Below, in pieces: positions 54,652-64,000 of a stretch of 64,000 bases of DNA. A model generated the notes under the pieces. That model saw only the letters and a list, made by a program, of their open reading frames with translations, made no database searches and had not been told where the DNA came from. The position numbers and the translations under genes were made by a program. Source of the DNA: the human T2T-CHM13v2.0 reference genome, Homo sapiens; assembly GCF_009914755.1 (NCBI RefSeq), contig NC_060930.1; one strand, 5' to 3'. Every line of letters starts with the position of its first letter. Position 1 is the stretch's first letter.

Positions 54652-54808
54652 ACTTACAGACTCAAATTTGAAGGTACCAGAGGAAAAGGCAGCAAAAGTT
54701 GCCACAAAAATTGAGAAAGAGCTTTTCTCTTTTTTTCGGGACACAGATGCTAAATATAAGAACAAATATAGAAGTTTGATGTTTAATTTGAAAGATCCTA
54801 AAAACAAT
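54652..54808 (+). CDS. PHF3: PHF3 coding exon 7, TFIIS-like domain, aa 942-994
   Basis: Acceptor aattttaag|A; LTDSNLKVPEEKAAKVATKIEKELF...KYRSLMFNLKDPKNN (TFIIS central-domain signature); donor AAT|gtaagt. Confidence 0.95.
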
Positions 54809-55793
54809 GTAAGTATGCTTTGTTCATATGTTTATGCTTCCAACTTTCCTGAGTACATAGGTATCTCAGATTGTAATACAGTAGATCTATAATTTATTAA
54901 TTGGAGTGAGATTATAATTTGCTTTTGATGTAGAACATGTAATTTTAATAGTCTTTTTGCTACTGAATAATTCTGCATACTAATAGCATTAACCATTCAG
55001 TCTACTGAAATGCTAAACGTGTCTTAACCTGATTTATATTATTTTTTCTTTACTCTCCTTTATATAATACAATTTATTAAAAAATTCATTCATATGTATT
55101 CTTCAAAAACTTTTAAGCTAAAATTTATAACACTATTTTTTTCTTAAATCTGAAAATAGAGCTATTTTGTACTTAAATCTGAAGATAGAGTAAAAATGCT
55201 TTTAAATTGTTTTTATCGAAATGTAATTTATTTTCTTAAGAAAATACATAACTTTAGTTCTAAAGATAGTCTTAAATATAACTTTAGTTCCAAGTATTAT
55301 AGCAGTAGAGTAAATGTTAATTAAACCCCTAATTTTTTCTTGGGATTTCATGTTTTGGACAGAGGAAATCTAAAGGCTGTGCATGTGTGTGCGTGTATGT
55401 GTCAGTGTTAGCTCTCAACACCAAAAGTAGGTCTCTGATAAGTACAATAAGCAAAAATCATGCCAGCGAACATTTTAAAGGTTCAGAACATGACTGATCT
55501 CTTGTGTGTGACATTTACCTAGGTCCACCAGCAGTTTTTTGCTATAGATTACTCTAGGTAACAGAATGTGATTAGATGCAACCTTTTTGCATAAAAGGTT
55601 TTCACACAACTGATATAAATTTGTATAAGGATATTTGCTACAGTAGGTGATTTGAGGTATTTTCTTGAAGTACACTAACAGAGACTTAAAATTGTACATT
55701 CTGCCATCATGGTCCCGAGGATCAGATGCTTCTGGAATTACATAATCTGGAAGCTTTTCTTCAGCAATTAAATAAAGATTTATTTCCCTCAGG

Positions 55794-56091
55794 TTTTTTT
55801 ATCTTTTTTTTGGAGACAGAGTCTTGCCCTGTCGCCCAGGTTGGAGTGCAGTGGCGCCATCTCAGCTCACTGCAGCCTCCACTCCCGGGTTCAGATGATT
55901 GTCCTGCCTCAGCCTCCCGAGTAGCTGGGATTACAGGCACACGCCGCCACGCCCAGCTAATTTTTGTATTTTTAGTAGAGACGGGGTTTCACCATTTTGG
56001 CCAGGCTGGTCCCAAACTCCTGACCTTGTGATCCTCCTGACTTGCCCTCCCAAAGTGCTGGCATTACAGGCGTGAGCTGCGGCACCCGGCC
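55794..56091 (-). mobile_element. Alu (AluS-like)
   Basis: TSD TCCCTCAGGTTT at 55785 and 56092. Confidence 0.92.
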
Positions 56092-56552
56092 TCCCTCAGG
56101 TTTCTTTCAGGTTTCTTTCTTGCAGGTGGTTTTTTGCTCTGCAGTTTCCTCCAAGCCTGTCAGGATTTAAATATGTAAAATCTTAAAACTATGAAGACCA
56201 TTACATTGAGTAAAGCTCTTTGATGCAGTACCTCGCTATACTATAGATTGCTTATTGTTATGGTTATATTGTGTCCCTGGGTAGACTTAATACAACTTTT
56301 GGGTAGGTATTGTAATGGTTCTACTGTACATGCTTCTCCATATATGTTGATTTTTATATGAAATGTGTGTTTTGCTGCCTTAAATTCCTAGAACACAAAG
56401 CTGTCATTTAATCTCTGTGTAGTAGGTAATATATAAATAATTAAGTATTTGTAAATCAGTCTTCAAAAATTGTATCTTTATTATAAATTTCTGTGTAGTA
56501 GCCACTCAAAATGTTTGTCTCCCCTTCTATTCCTATTTTAAAATCCTTCCAG

Positions 56553-56669
56553 ATATTATTTAAAAAAGTACTGAAAGGAGAAGTAACTCCTGATCATCTT
56601 ATCAGAATGAGTCCAGAAGAACTAGCTTCTAAAGAGTTAGCTGCTTGGAGACGAAGAGAAAACAGACAT
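56553..56669 (+). CDS. PHF3: PHF3 coding exon 8, TFIIS-like domain, aa 995-1033
   Basis: Acceptor tccttccag|ATA; ILFKKVLKGEVTPDHLIRMSPEELASKELAAWRRRENRH; donor CAT|gtaaga. Confidence 0.95.
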
Positions 56670-56748
56670 GTAAGATTATCTATAAATATGCATTTGACTA
56701 TCAAAATCTATGTTTTTCAGCCATTGGGTAAAAATTATACAGAGGTAA

Positions 56749-57074
<326 letters not shown>

Positions 57075-58710
57075 TACATGCTTCTTTTAATTACTTGTTC
57101 TCCATTCCTCTAGTTCTTAAATTCTGTTGGTTTCTCTGATCTTGTCAGGTTTTTTTCTCATTTTCTCCAGTTACTAGGTTACAGAATTACCTTGTGTTTT
57201 ATTATAGTTTGTAAATGAGAAGGATGGGAAAAGAATTAACATCTTTTCATAATTACATCTGTATTTTTCAGCAGCACAGTTTGAAGGTATTATGAATATT
57301 GGTAATTTGTAGAGCCAGATGAATTAAGTCAGAATAAAAATGTGTACAGGCTTATCTCTTATCCAAAGTTTCAAATGCCAAAAGCCCTGAAAAATAAAGT
57401 TATTTTCGCATAACTAATTTATTGATAAAGCTTAACCTGAATTGCCATGTATGAATGTTCATATTCACAGAAATATTGTATATTTAATTACGTGTCTCAG
57501 ACCTAACTGGAATGTTATGTAATATAGAGTGTGTGCACCATATTTCATGTTTAAATTTAAAAATTCTGAAACTCACAGATAGCAAGAATTTTTGTTTGGA
57601 GATTGTGAACTTAAAGGTATTTAAAGTACCTTTAAAAATTAAGTATGTTACTTAGAGCCATTGTGACAGTGAGATAGCCATGTTATCCAATTTTTGTATT
57701 ACAATGGCATCAGAATGTTAGCCCCTTATTCTAGAAAATACTGGTTGTAGTTCATATTAACTCTACATGATTTATCTGATTCTTTTGTTCATAATATTTA
57801 GTTACATCTCAGGCACTAAACCTCCATATAGACCTATGCCAGATCTAGTTTGAAGCTCATCTAGAGGCCTTGATTTGACATATCATACTTCTTCATACAT
57901 TCCTTTACCTTCACCGTATGTAATTTCTCCTCCTCTTATATTTTGAAAATAATATCACCTCCTCTTCCTTCCCTCCATATCTCAAATATGCACATGCCAC
58001 TCTTCTGCTTTGAAACTGGCTGCGAGTAACATCTGTATCAGAAAATGCCAGCTTGTTCTTTCTTAAGGCCATGTACCTGATTTTTCTTTAAAGGATGATT
58101 TGTACTTAACAAAGGCAGTACCATCTGTGCCTTCCTTACCTGTTCTATTCCTGGCTACCTTTATACTACTACTTGTTATACTTGCTTAATTTTGATGTTT
58201 TGTTGCTAAGCTTGTTCAACCGAATTTTCAGGGTCACTAAGCAGGCTTAGTTAGGAGACAGCTAACAAAGGACTACCAGATCGGTCATTTGAATAAACTA
58301 CTATTGTGGGGGATGTTAGAACATTGAATTAGGAATTTAAGAGCAAAATAGTTCCTATTTCCCTGTGGCAGCTGCTAAAAAGTACTAAATCAGCAAACAG
58401 ATTTCAAATACAAATAGTATGTTTCACCACTTTGCAAATTACTTTGGACTTCATTTGCCTCCTGATATAAATGTACATGTGAACTTCTCATGGTTGAAGT
58501 ATGGGGTCTAATTCTTATAACCGCAGTACTTAAAACTGTCTCTGGCATATAAAAGTACTCAGAATATGTTTGTTATATGAGACATTACCTTAAGATTAAA
58601 AGTCATCTGTGGTGATTTGTTTATTTTTAGGTAAGCTCTTATTATTTAAGGTGTACACTTGGAAATACATATTTTAAATTTAATATTTTTAAAAAAGTAT
58701 TTTCTGTTAG

Positions 58711-58842
58711 ACCATAGAAATGATTGAGAAAGAGCAGAGAGAAGTGGAACGACGGCCAATCACCAAAATAACTCATAAAGGTGAAATAGAAATTGAGAGT
58801 GATGCCCCAATGAAAGAACAGGAAGCAGCCATGGAGATTCAG
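58711..58842 (+). CDS. PHF3: PHF3 coding exon 9, aa 1034-1077
   Basis: Acceptor tttctgttag|ACC; TIEMIEKEQREVERRPITKITHKGEIEIE; donor CAG|gtaagg. Confidence 0.95.
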
Positions 58843-59082
58843 GTAAGGATAGATATGCCATGTTTTATAGCTCAAAACATGAAGATTCAGAAAAGGTTTA
58901 TTTGCCTAATGTTTTTAAAGTAGAGAAAAGAATTTTAAAATATGCATCCATTTAAAAGTAGCCTATTTTATTGGTTTAGTGGTTTTTTGAGTGTTGAGTA
59001 ATGTCTCTCAAATTGCATTATAGGTACCTGTTGAACAGTTATTACAGTGTAGATTCCTGGAGTGCTCTGACTTAGTGAATTT

Positions 59083-59489
<407 letters not shown>

Positions 59490-59738
59490 TAATTTGAAAT
59501 CTTACTAGAAGGCTTGAAGAATGGGGAATGTTTTAATTTTTGCTCTTTTAAGTCACAGTTAAAAGCTAGCATTCATTTTCTTAAGAAATAGTAAAAAAAA
59601 ACCAAAAAACAAAAATCAAAAACTTATCTATGGAACAACTGCATTTTAGGAAAATATAAATGGAAAATATAAATTGATTTTGATAATTGAGGCCAAATTT
59701 TATCAGCTAAAACTAATTTTTACTTTGACTTACGTTAG

Positions 59739-59874
59739 GAACCAGCCGCCAATAAGTCATTGGAGAAGCCAGAAGGATCTGAAAAACAAAAAGAGGAGGT
59801 TGACTCTATGTCTAAAGATACCACTAGTCAACACAGACAGCATCTTTTTGATCTCAACTGCAAAATCTGCATAG
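59739..59874 (+). CDS. PHF3: PHF3 coding exon 10, aa 1078-1123
   Basis: Acceptor ttacgttag|GAA; EPAANKSLEKPEG...DTTSQHRQHLFDLNCKICI; donor TAG|gtaatt. Confidence 0.93.
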
Positions 59875-60284
59875 GTAATTGGAAGTTTTTCTTCGTAAAA
59901 TTTTGCATTCATTATGAAAGAAGGATACTTAGATACTAGTATATGTAATTTAAGTAGGTTTTGTTTTCCCAATATTGGTGGTGAGGCACTCACTCACAGT
60001 CTTTAAGCTTTCGTGTGACTGGTTTTCTGGGTTGAGGTATAGTTTGATACTGTGGTATAGTCTACTGTCTAGACCTAATTATACTATATATGATTTGAAC
60101 TTAAAAACTGTTCTTGCTGGAGTCAAATGACAAGAATTTAACCATTAGAATGAACATCAAACATTGTGGGCAGTTGTGATGATACTGTCATTTACTAAAG
60201 TAAAGGAGTAAAATAGCATTTATATTTTATTATATATAACATAAGACAAATCAGAAACTGAAATTACTTTTTTGTAAAAAAGCT

Positions 60285-61292
60285 TTTTATTTTTAAGAGC
60301 ACTTTTAGGTTCATAGCAAAATTGGGAGGAAGTTACAGAGATTTCTCACATACCTGCTGCCTCCCTACGTGCATAGTCTCCACTGTTAGCAACATCCCAC
60401 ACCAGAGTGGTGCAGTTACTACAGTTGACAAACCTACATTGAAAAATAATGACCCCAAATCCATAGTTTACATTGGCGTTCACTCTTAGAGTTGTTCATT
60501 CTGTGGGTATGGACAAATGTGTAAAGACGTGAATCTAGCATTATAGTATTATACAGAGTATTTTCACTGCCCTAAAAATCCTCTTTACTCTGTCTATTCA
60601 TCCCTTCCCCCAACACCCCCACCAGCCCCTGGAAACCACTGATCTTTTCATTGTCTCTGTAGTTTTGCTTTTTTCAGAATATTGTGTAATTGGAATCATC
60701 TAGTATGTAACATTTTCAGATTGGCTACTTTCACTTAGTAATATGCATTTAAGCTTCCCCTATGTCTTTTCATGGCTGGATAACTCATTTCTTTGTAGCA
60801 TTGAATAATATTCCATTGTCTGGATGTATAGTTTTTCCATTCACTTAATGTAGGAGATCTTGTTTTATTACAAGTTTTGGCAATTACGAATAAAACTAGT
60901 ATAAACATTTGTATGCAGCTTTTTGTGTGGATGTGTTTTCAGCTCCTTTGGGTAAATACCATGGAGCACAATTGCTGGATTGTATGGTAAGAGTATGTTT
61001 ATCTTATAAGAAACCTCCAAACTATTTTTCACAGAGGCTGAGCCATTTTGCCTTCCTGCCAGCAACGAATCAGAGTTCATTTTGCCTTCCCGCCAGCAAT
61101 GAATGAGAGTTCCTGTTGCTCTACATCTTTGCTAGCATTTGGTATTGTCAGTATTCTAGATTTTGGCCATTCTAATAGGTGTATAGTGGTATCTCTCTGT
61201 TGTTTTACTTTGCATTTTCCTGATAACATATGTGGAGCATCTTTTCATGCTTATATGCCACCTGTATAGCTTCTCTGGTGAGGTGTCTCTTC
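60285..61292 (-). mobile_element. L1 3' end (L1MC-like)
   Basis: ttttaggttcatagcaaaattg...caccagagtggt; minus ORF with LLPYNPAIVLHGIYPKELKT (L1 ORF2 C-terminus). Confidence 0.85.
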
Positions 61293-61526
61293 AGGCATGT
61301 ATAGTCATGAGCTGTTGCTATATAATCCAAACCTGGATACAGATAATACAGATTTGTCTTAGTTCTTCATGTTACTTCTCGAGACTATTGGAATTTGGTA
61401 AAATTGTCAGAGAATTAAGAAACCTGTTTTAGGTTCTAGTAATAATATTTTCATTTTAGCTTGTCTGAGTTGTTTAACATTCTCTTCTTCTAATTTTTCA
61501 CTTCACTAAGAGAGGAATTACTACCT

Positions 61527-61865
61527 TAGGGGTCCTCAACCCCCGGGCCACAAACCTGTACGGTCCATGGCCTATTAGGAACTGGGCCTCACAGCAGGAG
61601 GTGAGCGGTGGACGATACTGCCTGAGCTCCGCCTCCTGTCAGATGCAGTGGCGTTAGGTTCTCATAGGGGTGCAAACCCTATTGTGAACTGCACATGTGA
61701 AGGATCTAGGTTGCGTGCTCCTTATGAGAATCTAACTATTAATGCTTGATGATCTGAGGTGTAATGGTTTCATCCTGAAACCATCTCTCCCCTCATCCCA
61801 CCGTCCATGGGAAAATTGTCTTCCATGAAATTGGTTGCTGGTGATAAAAAGGTTGGGGACTGCTA
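61527..61865. mobile_element. MER1B (hAT-Charlie)
   Basis: TAGGGGTCCTCAACCCC ... AAAAGGTTGGGGACTGCT; colinear with 17812-18142. Confidence 0.85.
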
Positions 61866-62231
61866 ATCTTGTCCATATTTACTCATGATATGTTTTACAT
61901 GTAGGAAATAATTATAAAGAGATTTTAAGGGGAAATTAACTTTATTACAGGTAGAACCATGCATGATTTGCTTTGAATTGCATTTCAGATAAGCTTAGGT
62001 CCCTGTATATAGAAGAGGGCTGGCAGTGGGGAGAACACTAGTGAATTTTCTGCTGATTCTTAAATGTGGTTGTGATACAACTAAATGATGACAGTTAGAT
62101 ATAACCCCAGGAAATGTATGGTTACTCAGCAATTGAATCATAGAACCTGAATAACTTTAGAAAGTGAAAATGGGTTAAGTTATAAAAGTTGTAGTTAACA
62201 GTTGGTTTCTTTTGATGTATTCTGGGCTTAG

Positions 62232-62427
62232 GTCGAATGGCACCACCTGTAGATGATCTTTCTCCAAAAAAAGTAAAAGTTGTTGTAGGAGTAGCTCGCA
62301 AACATTCAGACAATGAAGCAGAAAGTATAGCAGATGCATTATCTTCAACCTCAAATATTTTGGCTTCTGAATTCTTTGAGGAGGAGAAACAGGAGTCTCC
62401 AAAGTCAACGTTCTCTCCTGCTCCACG
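62232..62427 (+). CDS. PHF3: PHF3 coding exon 11, aa 1123-1188
   Basis: Acceptor ggcttag|GT; GRMAPPVDDLSPKK...STFSPAPR; donor ACG|gtaatt. Confidence 0.94.
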
Positions 62428-62931
62428 GTAATTTTCTCTGTTGTAAATTCTGTAATACTCATTATAGATCTTTGCCAGATTATACTTGCAAGTCTTCAAA
62501 AACAGAAAAGTGACATTTTGGGAACCTCTCATTTGAGAAAATAACTGTACTTTCCTGTACTTTGAGATAAAACAAGACTTCGAAAATAAATATATTTGGA
62601 GTGTTTTCAGTGAGAGATTGGAGCGTGTGGGGAAACAGCTTTAAAATTCTCTTTAATTATGCTGGTCCCAAAAGTCAGGGATAGATTATTAAAGACGAAA
62701 TGTTTGCACTTTTCTCAATCTTAGTTCTCCTAAGCCAGCCAAGAGGGAAGATTTTGTAAAACATTACTATGTAAATATGAATGTAATTTTATAAAATGAA
62801 AGTGTGAACTCTTTGTCAATAGCCTCATATTTTGGCCTTCTTCACATGCTAAAATACGAGTAACTGATGACTAGGTAGGACATTGATTTATTCATCAGCT
62901 TGTCTTTAGGCTTTTTAATGTCATTTTCTAG

Positions 62932-63079
62932 TCCAGAGATGCCTGGAACTGTTGAAGTTGAGTCTACCTTTCTGGCTCGATTGAACTTCATCTGGAAAGG
63001 TTTTATCAACATGCCTTCTGTGGCAAAATTTGTTACCAAAGCCTATCCAGTATCTGGCTCCCCAGAATACCTGACAGAG
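62932..63079 (+). CDS. PHF3: PHF3 coding exon 12, start of the SPOC domain, aa 1188-1237
   Basis: Acceptor cattttctag|T; PEMPGTVEVESTFLARLNFIWKGFINMPSVAKFVTKAYPVSG (the IWKG motif is typical of SPOC N-termini); donor GAG|gtactg. Confidence 0.94.
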
Positions 63080-64000
63080 GTACTGTGAACTTTTCTGCTT
63101 TTCTGTGCATGAATTGATAATGTGTGTTTCTGAAAGTAATTGACAGGGAAATAAGACAGAGTTAGTAATAGAAATATTTATTAACAATGATTTTTAAACA
63201 GTCCAAGTAATATAATTATGAATTAACAAATGGATCTTTAGAATTGTAAAATAAACTATTCTCTGAAAGTTTTAAACTCCTATGTCCTGCACTTTTCCCA
63301 AGATGTACTGCCTCACTGTGTCAGATAATTCAAAATCAATGAGAGTCTACATGGATATCCAAGTTTTTCTTTGAATACACACTTAAATAAAAGATTTACA
63401 TACTTTTGGTCTTTAATGTTAACACATTAAGAATTTTTTGTTAAACAGATCTTCTGATTTCCCCACTGCTTATGTTTCCCCATCTTCATGACTACTGTTC
63501 TTACCTGCCTATTTCTGTGAATGTGGTTTATGTAGACTGGGAGTTGAAGCTTTACAGCTAGTTGAAAACCAGTGAGACTAGTGACTGTAGTTGCTGCAAG
63601 TGATACCCTTGGTTGGTTCTACACCTGAGGGAAATAGAAAGAAACTATTATGTGGTATTTATGGAAAATAAGCAGCAGTAACATTATAATATTGTGATAA
63701 ATGAGACAGTGACATTTTTGAATTATTTTGAAGGAAATGTATTTTTATATGTGTATAGAAGGAAAATAAATCAGTACATATATACTGTATTTATGTTGAG
63801 ATCATATTTTGCTATCTTGTTCGTATCTGACCTTTTTCATTTATTCTCTATCTGCTGATTTTAAAGAATTAAAAGATTGTAAAAAAATTCCTTTTATTAT
63901 TTGAAAAAGCCTAAATCATTTGCCTGTCTTTTTTTTTTTTTTAAGGCTAACATAAACTTCACTTTTCTTTGGATTAGGCTGCAATTAGTTTAATTCAATG

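Overview
This is primate (almost certainly human) genomic DNA covering the 5' 60% or so of the PHF3 coding region (PHD finger protein 3, a paralog of DIDO1) on the + strand. Twelve coding exons can be joined by hand at canonical GT-AG junctions into one open frame of 3711 nt (aa 1-1237). That frame runs from the start codon at 2482 through the PHD finger and the TFIIS-like central domain into the start of the SPOC domain. The promoter/first exon and the 3' exons lie outside the window. The introns are filled with ordinary mammalian repeats: about 20 Alus (mostly antisense), L1, L2, MIR, MER/Tigger/MADE1 DNA elements, solo LTRs and microsatellites. I see no clear new multi-gene system. The most interesting unexplained signals are: (1) a non-Alu inverted repeat with ~230-bp arms at 30.8-31.5 kb whose mismatches favour G:U pairing in the PHF3 pre-mRNA; (2) stop-containing cryptic exons with strong splice sites at 34875-35067 and 29387-29687; (3) an intronic poly(A) signal right after the 1.8-kb exon that would cut PHF3 inside the PHD finger; (4) a ~190-bp direct duplication carrying a pseudo-exon on both sides of one coding exon; and (5) several template-switch scars. 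Repeat family names come from recalled consensus sequences and need RepeatMasker confirmation.
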